Shown here one piece after another: positions 1 through 9,475 of a stretch of 64,000 bases of DNA. This DNA is from an uncultured Spirochaetota bacterium (GTDB lineage: Bacteria; Spirochaetota; Spirochaetia; SZUA-6; Fen-1364), in the NCBI GenBank assembly GCA_963745235.1, contig CAVUXE010000009.1:160001-224000 (forward strand), written 5' to 3'. Numbering within the stretch: position 1 is the stretch's first letter; each line of letters opens with the position of its first letter. Under the pieces are notes generated by a model. It was not told where the DNA came from. It searched no databases and saw only the letters and a list, made by a program, of their open reading frames with translations. Position numbers and translations under genes: made by a program.

Positions 1-946
1 GGGCGCTGAGGCCGCGGCGGCTCAGTACAAGGTGGACATCACCTTCGAAGGGCCCCCGACGGAAGCCGACATTCAGCCCCAGGTGCAGATGCTCGTGAAC
101 GACATGGCGAAGAATCCCTCCGCCATCTGTCTTGCAGCGCTCGACACGAACTCTGTCATGGATCAGCTGAACCAGGCGCTTCAGAAGCACATACCCATCA
201 TCGGGTTCGACTCCGGAGTCCCGAATGCGCCAAAGGGCGCGATCTACGCGACCGCCGCCACCAACAGCTATAACGCAGCGGCACTGGCCGCGGACAAGAT
301 GTTCGCCGTGATCAAGGACAAGATCGCAGCGGCAAGCGCGGCGCACCCGGTCACGATCATTGACTTCAACCAGGACGCCACAAGCATGTCCGTGACGCAC
401 CGCGGAAAGGGCTTCCGCGACGAGATGATCAAGCTCATCACGACTGATGGCGGCAAGCAGGCCACCGATATCAAGGTCACGGGAAACCCGGCCTACATCG
501 CGCCTGACAGCCCGACCAGCGGGAAGGCGATCATCATCGACGTGGTGGTCCCTGCTTCGCCCAAGGACACTGACGCCACCAACACGGCTCATGCTGTGCT
601 GGACACGGGTCAAGTCAGACCACATCCTCGGCATCTTCTGCTCGAACGAAGGGACAGCAAGAGCGATTCTCGCCGCCTCCAACGACGGCAGCTGCGCTGC
701 CCAAGCAGTATCCCGGCCTGGTGGTCGTCGGCTTCGATGCCGGCAAGGCTCAGAAGGCCGCCAGTGCGCAACAAGTACTTCCTCGGTTCCATCACGCAGG
801 ACCCCTACCAGATCGGGTTCAAGGCGGTGGAGCTTGCCGTCAAGGCCATCAAGAAGCAGCCGGTGGCGGACGTGGACACGGGAGCCAAGTTCTATGATTC
901 CACGAACATAGATAACCCGGACATTGCGCAGCTTGTCTACGATTGA
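1..946 (+). CDS. Sugar ABC transporter substrate-binding protein (RbsB/LacI-type periplasmic), 5'-truncated by the window edge, frameshifted around 605-765
   Basis: IPIIGFDSG, ATNSYNAA and GSITQDPYQIGFKAVE motifs. The missing ILGIFCSNEG segment is in the 447..911 frame and VVVGFDAG is in a third frame. Confidence 0.85.
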   Translation, partial: GAEAAAAQYKVDITFEGPPTEADIQPQVQMLVNDMAKNPSAICLAALDTNSVMDQLNQALQKHIPIIGFDSGVPNAPKGAIYATAATNSYNAAALAADKMFAVIKDKIAAASAAHPVTIIDFNQDATSMSVTHRGKGFRDEMIKLITTDGGKQATDIKVTGNPAYIAPDSPTSGKAIIIDVVVPASPKDTDATNTAHAVLDTGQVRPHPRHLLLERRDSKSDSRRLQRRQLRCPSSIPAWWSSASMPARLRRPPVRNKYFLGSITQDPYQIGFKAVELAVKAIKKQPVADVDTGAKFYDSTNIDNPDIAQLVYD

Positions 947-989
947 AATTTTCTCCGTCAGGTACGTCGCCTGAGCACATCAGGCAGTT

Positions 990-1015
990 GGCCCGCCGAA
1001 ATGGCGGGCCTTTTT
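990..1015 (+). terminator. Rho-independent terminator
   Basis: GGCCCGCC-GAAAT-GGCGGGCC perfect 8-bp stem followed by TTTTT, just after the SBP gene. Confidence 0.85.
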
Positions 1016-1042
1016 GTAGCCTCATATCTGCGGACAGCCGGG

Positions 1043-1087
1043 CTACAATTCGGTAGCTCGACAAATTTGAGATCTACAATCCTGTAT
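1043..1087 (+). promoter_or_regulatory. Putative tandem enhancer (UAS) sites for a sigma54 activator
   Basis: CTACAATTCGGTAG (1043-1056) and CTACAATCCTGTAT (1074-1087), 31 bp apart and about 100-145 bp upstream of the sigma54 promoter. Confidence 0.5.
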
Positions 1088-1185
1088 CGTTCGACGGCCC
1101 GCAGGCAAACCTTCCGTGCGGACTGCTTCTGCTCTTATTCCTTACGCCGTTAACAGTAGCGCCGAGGTGATGCGCGCGGCCTTTT

Positions 1186-1201
1186 TGGCATGCTCCTTGC
1201 A
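1186..1201 (+). promoter_or_regulatory. Sigma54 (-24/-12) promoter
   Basis: TGGCATGCTCCTTGCA matches TGGCA-N6-TTGCA and lies about 45 bp upstream of the P-II start. Confidence 0.75.
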
Positions 1202-1246
1202 ATATCACCAACGACAGGCGAGGGGAAGAAAGGAGTGGCGGCGGCG

Positions 1247-1588
1247 ATGAAAAGAATCGAAGCGATCATTCGGCCTTCCAAGGTCAACGACGTATATAAG
1301 GCCCTCGAGCGGGTCGGGCACCGGGGCCTCATGATCTCTGAGATAGAGGGGCACGGAATAGAGAAGGGAGTAGAGCAGCAGATACGCGGCAAGACGTACA
1401 AGGTGGACCTGATCACCAAGGCCCGCATCGAGCTGGTCGTGTCCGACGAGGAGGCGGAGCAGATCGTCATGGCCATCCAGAGGGCGGCCCTGACGGGCCA
1501 TATCGGGGACGGGAAGATCTTCGTCCATCCGGTGGACGATGCCGTGCGCGTGCGCACCGCTGAAAGGGGTGAAGCGGCCATCCGCTAG
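1247..1588 (+). CDS. glnB: P-II family nitrogen regulatory protein
   Basis: MKRIEAIIRP N-terminus, Y51 and K58 retained, TGHIGDGKIFV B-loop, RVRTAERG C-loop; AAGGAG RBS. Confidence 0.92.
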   Translation: MKRIEAIIRPSKVNDVYKALERVGHRGLMISEIEGHGIEKGVEQQIRGKTYKVDLITKARIELVVSDEEAEQIVMAIQRAALTGHIGDGKIFVHPVDDAVRVRTAERGEAAIR

Positions 1589-1671
1589 CACCAGCTTGTT
1601 GCCGTGCGCGGGAGTGATGTATAATCCCCGCATTCAATGCAAGCGTGCCGTGACTAAGAAGGAGGAGGAGT

Positions 1672-2877
1672 ATGAGAAACATCTTCAAACTGATCCTGCT
1701 GGTGGCGGCCATGGCCGTGGCTTCGACCGCCTTCGCGCAGGGGGCGCCCCCGGCCGCGGGTGACAGCCTGACCGTCGGCCTGCTCATGGTCGGTCCGTAC
1801 AACGACCACGGCTGGAGCCAGGCCAACTACGACGCCATGCAGTACGTCGTGAGCAAGGTCCCGGGCGTGCAGATGATCTACCTGGACAAGGTGAACCCGG
1901 CGGACCGCCCGGGAACCACCGCATCCCAGCTTGCCGAGAGCCTTGTCGCAAAAGGCGCGAAGCTGGTCATCTTCAGCTCGGACGACATGAGCGATGAAGC
2001 GGTGAAGTTCGCGCAGGCCCACCCCGACATCTTCGTGATCATGACCTCGGGCAGCCAGGTCTGGAAGGACGGCAAGGACTACAAGGACCTGCCCAACATG
2101 GTGAACATCATGGGGCGCATGGAGTACACCAAGATGATCGCCGGTGTCGCCGCCGCTCTCACCACGAAGACCGGTCAGATCGGCTACCTGGGTCCGCTCA
2201 TCAACGACGAGACCCGCCGCCTGGCCTCCTCCGTGTACCTTGGCGCGCGCTACGCGTGGGTGAACTATCTGAAGAAGGACCCCGCGAAGCTGAAGTTCAA
2301 GGTCACCTGGATCGGGTTCTGGTTCAACATCCCGGGCGTGACCTCCGACCCCACGCAGGTCGCTGATGACTTCTTCAACAGCGGCTACGACGTCGTCATC
2401 TCGGGCATCGACACCACGGAAGCCACCACGGAAGCCGTCAAGCTGGCAGGGCAAGGCAAGAAGGTATGGGCCATCCCGTATGACTATGCGGATGCGATCA
2501 AGGAAGGCCCGACGGTCGCCCTCGGCGTGCCGTATTTCAACTGGGGCCCCGCGTACGCAAAGACCATCAAGACCGCCATGGACGGCACGTGGACGTCTCA
2601 CTTCGAATGGAACGGCCCGGACTGGAAGAACATCAACAACCCGGACACTTCGGCGGTCGGGTTCAACAAGGGCGCCGCTCTCTCCAGGTTCGCTTCGAAC
2701 GGAGTGGACAAGTTCATCAAGCAGCTTGCCGGCGGACTGAACCTCTGGAAGGGCCCCCTCACCCTCCAGGACGGGACCGCCTATCTCAGCGCAGGCGAGG
2801 TTCCCACCGATCAGCAGATCTGGTACCTGCCCCAGCTTCTCATGGGCATGGAAGGCCAGAGCGTTTCCAAGAAGTAA
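1672..2877 (+). CDS. BMP-family ABC transporter substrate-binding protein (purine/nucleoside type)
   Basis: Signal peptide, GPYNDHGWSQA and WIGFWFN motifs; GGAGGAG RBS; followed by an ATPase and two permeases. Confidence 0.88.
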   Translation: MRNIFKLILLVAAMAVASTAFAQGAPPAAGDSLTVGLLMVGPYNDHGWSQANYDAMQYVVSKVPGVQMIYLDKVNPADRPGTTASQLAESLVAKGAKLVIFSSDDMSDEAVKFAQAHPDIFVIMTSGSQVWKDGKDYKDLPNMVNIMGRMEYTKMIAGVAAALTTKTGQIGYLGPLINDETRRLASSVYLGARYAWVNYLKKDPAKLKFKVTWIGFWFNIPGVTSDPTQVADDFFNSGYDVVISGIDTTEATTEAVKLAGQGKKVWAIPYDYADAIKEGPTVALGVPYFNWGPAYAKTIKTAMDGTWTSHFEWNGPDWKNINNPDTSAVGFNKGAALSRFASNGVDKFIKQLAGGLNLWKGPLTLQDGTAYLSAGEVPTDQQIWYLPQLLMGMEGQSVSKK

Positions 2878-2977
2878 GCTGTTCCTGGCCGCAGAAATGA
2901 CGGGGGGCGGGACGAACGCGTTTCGCCCCCTCCTCTGCGGGCTGGACTCTCGTTTCACCACGTGACAGAAGCTGTGC

Positions 2978-4471
2978 ATGCGGGTTGAGCTGCGAGGCAT
3001 CCACAAGACCTTCGGGCAGGTTCACGCAAACGCGGGAATCTCCCTGGTCATTCCTTCCTCGACAATCCAGGGGATCCTGGGAGAAAACGGCGCCGGGAAA
3101 AGCACGCTGATGAAGATCCTCTCGGGCTTCATTCTGCCCGACAACGGAGAGATCGCTCTCGACGGGACAGCCGTCGTCATCCATTCGCCGGCGGATGCGA
3201 TCAGGCGGGGCATCGGAATGCTCCACCAGGACCCGCTTGATTTCCCGCCCATGAAGCTCGTTGACAATTTCATCCTCGGCCGCGAAGGGTCCCTGTTCCC
3301 CGACAGGCGGGGAGCCGCCCGGGAGTTTCGCGAGCTGGCATCCCAGTTCGGGTTTGCCCTGGACCCGGATGCCTATGTCGATACGCTGACAGTCGGGGAA
3401 CGCCAACAGCTGGAGATCCTGCGCCTGCTCTGGCTGGGTGCCCGGGTGCTGATCCTGGATGAGCCGACCACCGGAATCAGTCAGCCGCAGAAGGAAAAGC
3501 TGTTTGCCACCCTGAAGACCCTTGCCTCCCGCGGCGTGACCATCATCTTCGTCTCCCACAAGCTGGAGGACGTGGAGTACCTGTGCTCGCAGGTGGCCGT
3601 GCTTCGGCAGGGCAAGCTGGTTGGCACGGCGTCCCCGCCCTACGAGACGCGGAGCTTCGTGCAGATGATGTTCGGCAGGGAGGTATCTTTCGGAGGCCGG
3701 CGGAGCGGGGTCGCGGGCCGTCCCATTCTCAGCCTGGAGCGTGTCTGTCTCGAGGGCGTTCGGCTGCAGATCCAGGACGTGACCCTGGACGTGCATGCGG
3801 GCGAGGTCATCGGCCTGGCGGGAATGGAAGGTTCGGGGCAGGCGATGTTTCTTTCGGCCTGCGGCGGACTGGCCCGACCGGTGGCCGGGAAAATCGGTCT
3901 TGACTCGCGCAACGTCACGGGGCAGTCCCACCACTCCTTCAAGAGGCAGGGCGTCGTGTACCTTCCCGCCGCGCGCCTGGAACGGGGACTCGTTCCCGGA
4001 CTGACGCTGACCGAGCACTTCGTTCTCTCCGAAGGGGCGGGCGGCTTTTTCATCGACCGGCGCGCGGCAGCGGGACTGGCGGCGGAGCGCATCCAGACCT
4101 TCAACATCAAGGGGACCCCGACGAGCACCGTGGAGTCGCTCTCCGGCGGAAACCAGCAGAGGATGTTGCTGGCGCTCCTTCGAACGCCCCTTTCCCTGAT
4201 CCTGCTGGAGCATCCCACGCGAGGGCTGGACATCGAGTCAACCATGTACGTGTGGGCGAAGCTCAAGGAGCGCTGCGCTCAGGGCACCGCAATCGTGTTC
4301 ATTTCCGCGGACCTCGACGAGATCCTGCAGTACAGCGACCGGGTGGTCGTCTTCTTCACGGGGCGCGTTTCCCCGTCGCTTGCGGCGGAGTCTTTGTCCG
4401 TGGCTGAGCTCGGCGAGCTGATCGGAGGCAAGGGGTGGGAGCGATTTGCCGGGGAGGCGGCGCGTGCGTAA
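2978..4471 (+). CDS. Nucleoside/sugar ABC transporter ATP-binding protein (two ABC domains)
   Basis: GENGAGKST Walker A, LILDEPT, LSGGNQQ. Confidence 0.93.
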   Translation: MRVELRGIHKTFGQVHANAGISLVIPSSTIQGILGENGAGKSTLMKILSGFILPDNGEIALDGTAVVIHSPADAIRRGIGMLHQDPLDFPPMKLVDNFILGREGSLFPDRRGAAREFRELASQFGFALDPDAYVDTLTVGERQQLEILRLLWLGARVLILDEPTTGISQPQKEKLFATLKTLASRGVTIIFVSHKLEDVEYLCSQVAVLRQGKLVGTASPPYETRSFVQMMFGREVSFGGRRSGVAGRPILSLERVCLEGVRLQIQDVTLDVHAGEVIGLAGMEGSGQAMFLSACGGLARPVAGKIGLDSRNVTGQSHHSFKRQGVVYLPAARLERGLVPGLTLTEHFVLSEGAGGFFIDRRAAAGLAAERIQTFNIKGTPTSTVESLSGGNQQRMLLALLRTPLSLILLEHPTRGLDIESTMYVWAKLKERCAQGTAIVFISADLDEILQYSDRVVVFFTGRVSPSLAAESLSVAELGELIGGKGWERFAGEAARA

Positions 4472-5513
4472 AGCCCGCCCCCTGAGCGCTCTTCTCCAGC
4501 TGGCCGCAGTTGTGGTGGCCCTCGCCCTCACCACGGCCGTGCTGGTCGTCACCAAGGCACCGCCGTTCCAGGCGTACAAGAACATCGTGCTCGGCGCGGT
4601 AGGTTCCTGGGACGAGATCTCCAACGTCCTGGTTTCCTGGGTCCCGTTGCTCCTGGTCACCGCCGGGCTGATCCTCACATTCACGGTAGGGCTGTGGAAC
4701 ATCGGGATCGAGGGCCAGATCATCCTCGGCGCCATCTTCACCACGTGGGCACTGCGCCTCCTCCAGTCAAGCGGCATGCATCCCGCCTTCATCATCACGG
4801 CAAGTATCCTGGCGGGCATGGTGGGCGGTGCCCTCTGGGCCGTGCTTGCCGGAGCGCTCAAGGCCTTTGGCGGCGTGAACGAGATCTTCGGGGGACTGGG
4901 GTTGAACTTCGTTGCCACGGCCCTCAACCTGTGGCTGATCTTCGGCCCCTGGAAAAGGCCCGGCGTCGCCTCCATGTCGGGGACCATGCCGTTCCCGCGC
5001 GCGCTCTGGCTGCCGACCCTCACGGCGCAGTCGCGCCTCAGTCCTTCCGCTCTCATCATCGCCATCGTCGCCATCCTGGTGGTGTACTTCCTGATCAGGG
5101 GCACGTACTTCGGGCTCAGGCTGAAGGCGGTGGGCAGGAACGCGAACGCGGCCTACCTCCTGGGAGTTCCCACCTGGCAGTACATGATGGCGTCCTTCGC
5201 GCTGTGCGGCGTATTCGCCGGGCTTGCGGGGGCAATCCAGGTGACCTCCGTCTACAACCGGCTGATCCCCGCGATATCCAGCGGCTACGGGTACATGGGG
5301 CTGATGGTGGCCATGATCGTGAACTACCAGGCTGCGCTTGCTGCTCCGGTTGCCCTCTTCTTTGCCGCTCTCAACGTGGGAAGCATCCAGCTTCCCATTG
5401 TCCTGAAGCTCGACTCGTCGCTCGCCGGAGTTCTGCAGGGGTCTCTCGTGCTCCTCGTCATCCTGGGGCAGGGGGTCCGGCAGCGCTTCTTCGGGAAAGA
5501 GCGCCCTTCATGA
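4464..5513 (+). CDS. ABC transporter permease (BPD_transp_2)
   Basis: GLWNIGIEGQ motif, multiple TM helices; GTG start overlaps the upstream stop. Confidence 0.9.
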   Translation: MRKARPLSALLQLAAVVVALALTTAVLVVTKAPPFQAYKNIVLGAVGSWDEISNVLVSWVPLLLVTAGLILTFTVGLWNIGIEGQIILGAIFTTWALRLLQSSGMHPAFIITASILAGMVGGALWAVLAGALKAFGGVNEIFGGLGLNFVATALNLWLIFGPWKRPGVASMSGTMPFPRALWLPTLTAQSRLSPSALIIAIVAILVVYFLIRGTYFGLRLKAVGRNANAAYLLGVPTWQYMMASFALCGVFAGLAGAIQVTSVYNRLIPAISSGYGYMGLMVAMIVNYQAALAAPVALFFAALNVGSIQLPIVLKLDSSLAGVLQGSLVLLVILGQGVRQRFFGKERPS

Positions 5514-6508
5514 GCCCGGACCTTCTCCTGGTCGGCCTGGCGGGCGTGCTCACCGCGGCCTCACCCGTGCTCTTCGGCGTCATTGGGGAGACGATCTCGG
5601 AGCGTGCGGGCGTCATCAACCTCTCCATGAACGGCACAATACTGCTGACGGCGATGGGCGGCTTCGCGATTGCCCTCGCCACAGGCAACGTTGCGCTCGG
5701 GTTTCTCGGCGGCATGCTCATCGGCGGGCTTGTCGCCCTTGTCGTGGCGTTTGCCAGCATCACGCTGCGGCAATCGCAGGTCGCCGTGGGGTTTGTCCTG
5801 GCGCTCCTTTGCAGAGACCTCTCGTATTTCCTCGGCAACCCGATCATGGGATCCGCCGGGCCCCGCCTGGGCATTCTGCCCATTCCGTTCCTGCGCGACG
5901 TTCCTGTCCTGGGAGTCCTTTTCTTCCGCCAGGACGTCATGACGTATATCAGCTTTCTCCTGATCGCACTCGCGTGGCTCTTCATCTTCCGAACCCGCCC
6001 GGGCCTCATGCTTCGCGGCATCGGGGAACGACCCGCCGCCGCGTACGTTCGCGGGGCTGACGTGAACAGGCTGCGGTACCTCTATACAGTGGTCGGTGGA
6101 GCCATTGCCGGTCTGGCAGGACCAATCTACTCGCTCTCAGTGAAGGCGGGTTGGAAAGGGACCATCACGGGCCTTGACGGGATCGGGTGGATAGTCCTTG
6201 CCATCACGATCTTCGGCGGCTGGAACCCCTTCCGCGCTGCCTTCGGCGCCTACCTCTTTTCACTGTTGCAGTGGCTCGGCATCGTGCTCCAGCCCGCGCT
6301 TCCCGGCGTGCCTTCCCAGGTGCTCCAGGTGGCGCCTTTTCCCCTCATGATCCTGACACTGCTTCTCGTGAACATAGGGAACGCGGAATGGGTGGAACGG
6401 ACCCTGGCCAGGCTGCCGGGCCCCGCCCGGCGCGCAATTGCGAGGACCCTTCGGGCCCTGAACGCCACCCCGCCCTCCGCCATGGGCACACCGTTCGAGA
6501 AGGAATAG
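5510..6508 (+). CDS. ABC transporter permease (BPD_transp_2)
   Basis: GETISERAGVINLSMNG motif; ATGA overlap with the upstream gene. Confidence 0.9.
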   Translation: MSPDLLLVGLAGVLTAASPVLFGVIGETISERAGVINLSMNGTILLTAMGGFAIALATGNVALGFLGGMLIGGLVALVVAFASITLRQSQVAVGFVLALLCRDLSYFLGNPIMGSAGPRLGILPIPFLRDVPVLGVLFFRQDVMTYISFLLIALAWLFIFRTRPGLMLRGIGERPAAAYVRGADVNRLRYLYTVVGGAIAGLAGPIYSLSVKAGWKGTITGLDGIGWIVLAITIFGGWNPFRAAFGAYLFSLLQWLGIVLQPALPGVPSQVLQVAPFPLMILTLLLVNIGNAEWVERTLARLPGPARRAIARTLRALNATPPSAMGTPFEKE

Positions 6509-6523
6509 CGCGCTCGCCCGGGG

Positions 6524-8326
6524 TCATGGTGACGGCCCCAGGACCCGGATTATGTTGAAGCTGCTCACGTCCACGAGCCCCATATCGGAGAGGCGAAGCT
6601 CCGGGATCACCACGAGGCCCAGCAGGCTCAGCTGCATGTTGGGGTTGTTCAGGCTGCATCCGCACTGCCGAAAGCCCGCCAGAACGGAGGAGGCGGCCCG
6701 GGCAACGGCGGACGCGGGCTCGCCTGACATCAGCCCCGCAATGGGCAGCACCACCTGGCCTATCACCGCGCCGTCCTTCACGACCACCTGGCCGCCCTCG
6801 GTGGCAGCCACCGTGTTCGCGGCAAGCGCCATCTGCTCCTCATCCGTTCCCGCCACCAGCAGCTGATGGCAGTCATGGGCCACCGTGGTTGCCACGGCGC
6901 ACCGTGCCGTGAACCCGAACCCGTGCACGAGGCCGACGCTGACTTTGCCCGTCGCATGATGACGGTCCACGATTGCAAGCTTTGCGATATCCTGCTTCAG
7001 ATCCGGCCTGACCTCTGCGCCTGTCACGGCGACGCTCATCTTCAGGTGACGGGTCGGGGCCTGGTTCTCGATTACGCCGATGACATGGGCGGCTGCCTCG
7101 GGGCCAAGATGACCCGCGGCGAGGCGGAAGTCCGCGGCGGCCAGGGGCCGCAGAAGGTGCACTGAATGCGTGGCCCACGCCGGGTAGGTGGCGGACGGCA
7201 TTTCCAGCAGGAGACGGCCGTCCTTTGCGGCCACCTTGCCCCGGGCGACAACCACCTCCGCGCGGAAGCTTTCCAGGTCCTTCACAAGAAGGACGTCGGC
7301 GTACCGCCCCGGGGCGATCTGCCCCATGTCCCTGCTGAGGCCGAAATGCTCCGCCGTGTTGAGTGTCGCCATCTGGATGGCCCGCAGCGGCGCAAGACCT
7401 TCACTGATGGCGTGACGCAGCACCCTGTCCATATGGCCTTCGGTCACCAGTGTCTCCGAGTGCGAGTCGTCCGTGCAGAGGATGAAATGCCGGGCATCCA
7501 ACCCGTTTTGCGTCAGCGCGGGAAGCTGGGCGGCCACGTCGTGCCACGCCGAGCCATAGCGGAGCATCACGCGCATGCCCTGGCGGATCCTGGCAACGGC
7601 GTCCTCCGCACGGGTGCCTTCATGGTCGTCCTGCGGTCCCCCGGCCGCGTACCCATGGAACGGGAGCCCCAGATCCGGTGACGGATAGTGTCCCCCGATC
7701 ACTTTCTCAGCCTGCCGGGTGGCCGACATCTCCGCATGGACCTTGTCGTTGCCGTTGAAGACGCCGGGGAAGTTCATCATTTCTCCCAGGCCGATGATCC
7801 CGGGCCAGGTCAGGGCTTCCTCCACGTCCGCGGGGCCGATGACCGCCCCCGGTGTCTCCAGACCGGGCGCGGAAGGGACGCAGCTGGGAACCTGGACGAA
7901 GACGTGGATGGGCTGCTGCGCGGCTTCATCCACCATCAGCCGCACGCCGCGGAGACCCAGGACGTTCGCGATCTCGTGCGGGTCCACGAACATCCCGGTC
8001 GTTCCATGAGGGACCACTGCCCTGACGAACTCCGTCACGGTGAGCATTCCTGATTCGACGTGCATGTGGCCGTCCAGGAGCCCCGGGACCATGCAGCGGC
8101 CGTCCGCCTCCAGCACCACGGTGTCCGGTCCGATTGCATGGCGCGCATCTTCGCCGACATAGGCAATCCGGTGTCCCGAGATCGCGATGTCCGTATGCTC
8201 GATGATTTCGCCGGACTGCACGCAGATCCACTTTCCGTCCGTGATGACGATGTCCGCGGGTTTCCGCCCGACAGCCACGTCCACGAGCTTGCGCGAGTCT
8301 TTCAGCCAGAAGGTTTCCATTCCCAT
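6524..8326 (-). CDS. ade: Adenine deaminase
   Basis: DGHMHVES, DPHEIAN, LGEMMNFPGV, DHEGT, CTDD and AHDCH motifs. Confidence 0.93.
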   Translation of the reverse strand: MGMETFWLKDSRKLVDVAVGRKPADIVITDGKWICVQSGEIIEHTDIAISGHRIAYVGEDARHAIGPDTVVLEADGRCMVPGLLDGHMHVESGMLTVTEFVRAVVPHGTTGMFVDPHEIANVLGLRGVRLMVDEAAQQPIHVFVQVPSCVPSAPGLETPGAVIGPADVEEALTWPGIIGLGEMMNFPGVFNGNDKVHAEMSATRQAEKVIGGHYPSPDLGLPFHGYAAGGPQDDHEGTRAEDAVARIRQGMRVMLRYGSAWHDVAAQLPALTQNGLDARHFILCTDDSHSETLVTEGHMDRVLRHAISEGLAPLRAIQMATLNTAEHFGLSRDMGQIAPGRYADVLLVKDLESFRAEVVVARGKVAAKDGRLLLEMPSATYPAWATHSVHLLRPLAAADFRLAAGHLGPEAAAHVIGVIENQAPTRHLKMSVAVTGAEVRPDLKQDIAKLAIVDRHHATGKVSVGLVHGFGFTARCAVATTVAHDCHQLLVAGTDEEQMALAANTVAATEGGQVVVKDGAVIGQVVLPIAGLMSGEPASAVARAASSVLAGFRQCGCSLNNPNMQLSLLGLVVIPELRLSDMGLVDVSSFNIIRVLGPSP

Positions 8327-8415
8327 GACATCGATCCCTCTTGGCAGGAGAGTGTAGGGAAGATCACGGACGCAATCAAGCAACTGTCGTCAGCAGCGGT
8401 TGTCCGTTGCCGTCA

Positions 8416-8937
8416 TCAGAGCCAGGTGACCTGTTCGATGATCGTCAACGACTTGATCCTGCAGCCGTCAAGCACCGCTTCGACGCTGAACGGATTGTAG
8501 GGCCTGCCATTGGGGCGAATCCTGTCAGGCTCCAGCATGAACTTCGCATCCTCTCCCGACACGTGGACCCGGGTCACGTGATAGACAGGGCCGTCAGGAG
8601 GAGAGTCCGGGAGGCGTCTGCCGAGCCCTCTGCCCTGGGGGAGAAACTTCCGCAACTGCTGCTTTCCCTTCAGGTGCCGCGGGACCATGATGTATCCTTG
8701 GACGCCGGACGCCCAGCTTGCAAACGCGATGTCGTCGGCAACGTACTTCATGCTGGCGTCGAAGTGTCCGGCGTCGTTTGAATCGTAGAAGGCCGTGACC
8801 ACCGCCATCGGATCGGAGCAGGGAGCTGCGGAGCCCTGCCCGTGCGCGGTGCATGACGTCATCAGCCCAAGGCAAAGAAACAAAGCGGAAGCGAGGATCC
8901 GTCTCATCTGCAGCAAATATATCCACCGCCTCCTCAT
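8416..8937 (-). CDS. Secreted/lipoprotein with SnoaL/NTF2-like fold (start may be 8907)
   Basis: Hydrophobic signal ending LMTSC; VVTAFYDS...YVADDI...LKGKQQLRKF pattern typical of SnoaL-like domains. Confidence 0.55.
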   Translation of the reverse strand: MRRRWIYLLQMRRILASALFLCLGLMTSCTAHGQGSAAPCSDPMAVVTAFYDSNDAGHFDASMKYVADDIAFASWASGVQGYIMVPRHLKGKQQLRKFLPQGRGLGRRLPDSPPDGPVYHVTRVHVSGEDAKFMLEPDRIRPNGRPYNPFSVEAVLDGCRIKSLTIIEQVTWL

Positions 8938-9037
8938 GGATTCAATTGCCGCGGTGCGGGCTGTGCGGCCCGGCCGCGGCGTTTTCCTTGACAGCGGCCG
9001 GCGCGGATGATACCGTCCCTCGAAACGGAGGCCGGAA

Positions 9038-9475
9038 ATGCTGAAGGGAATATCGCCGCTGCTTTCTCCCGAGCTGCTGAAGGTCATTGCGGAGATGGGC
9101 CACGGGGACGAACTGGTCATTGCTGACGGGAACTTCCCCGCGGTCAGCATGGCTCGAAGGCTCGTGCGAGCGGACGGGCTGGGCGTGCCCCCGCTCCTGG
9201 AAGCCATCCTGGACCTTTTCCCCCTTGATTCCTTTGTCGAGCGTCCCGCGGCGTTGATGGCCGTGGTGCCGGGGGACCCCGCGAAACCCGCAATCTGGGA
9301 AGAGTATCGAGCCATTGTCCGCCGTCATGAAACAGGTTTCAAGGACTTCGAGATGGTGGAACGCTTCGCGTTCTACGCGCGGGCCAGGGAAGCGTATGCA
9401 GTCCTGGCAACCGGGGAAGCCGCCCTGTACGCTTGCGTCATCCTGAAAAAAGGCGTGCTGCGGCCGCATGGATGA
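9038..9475 (+). CDS. fucU: RbsD/FucU family sugar mutarotase
   Basis: MGHGDELVIADGNFP, ERFAFY and ATGE...ILKKG motifs. Confidence 0.88.
   Translation: MLKGISPLLSPELLKVIAEMGHGDELVIADGNFPAVSMARRLVRADGLGVPPLLEAILDLFPLDSFVERPAALMAVVPGDPAKPAIWEEYRAIVRRHETGFKDFEMVERFAFYARAREAYAVLATGEAALYACVILKKGVLRPHG

Noticed and set aside
1084-1130. ATCGTTCG... upstream of P-II resembling a glutamine (glnA) riboswitch start
   Set aside because: It lacks the CGGAAGUA/GAAGGAACG elements and lies upstream of the sigma54 promoter.
2902-2933. GC-rich hairpin after the BMP SBP gene
   Set aside because: No U-tract; typical mRNA-stabilising stem in ABC operons.
1654-4213. Long antisense ORFs (450 and 457 aa) and many similar ones across the window
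   Set aside because: They are shadow frames of real genes in high-GC DNA and show no recognisable motifs.
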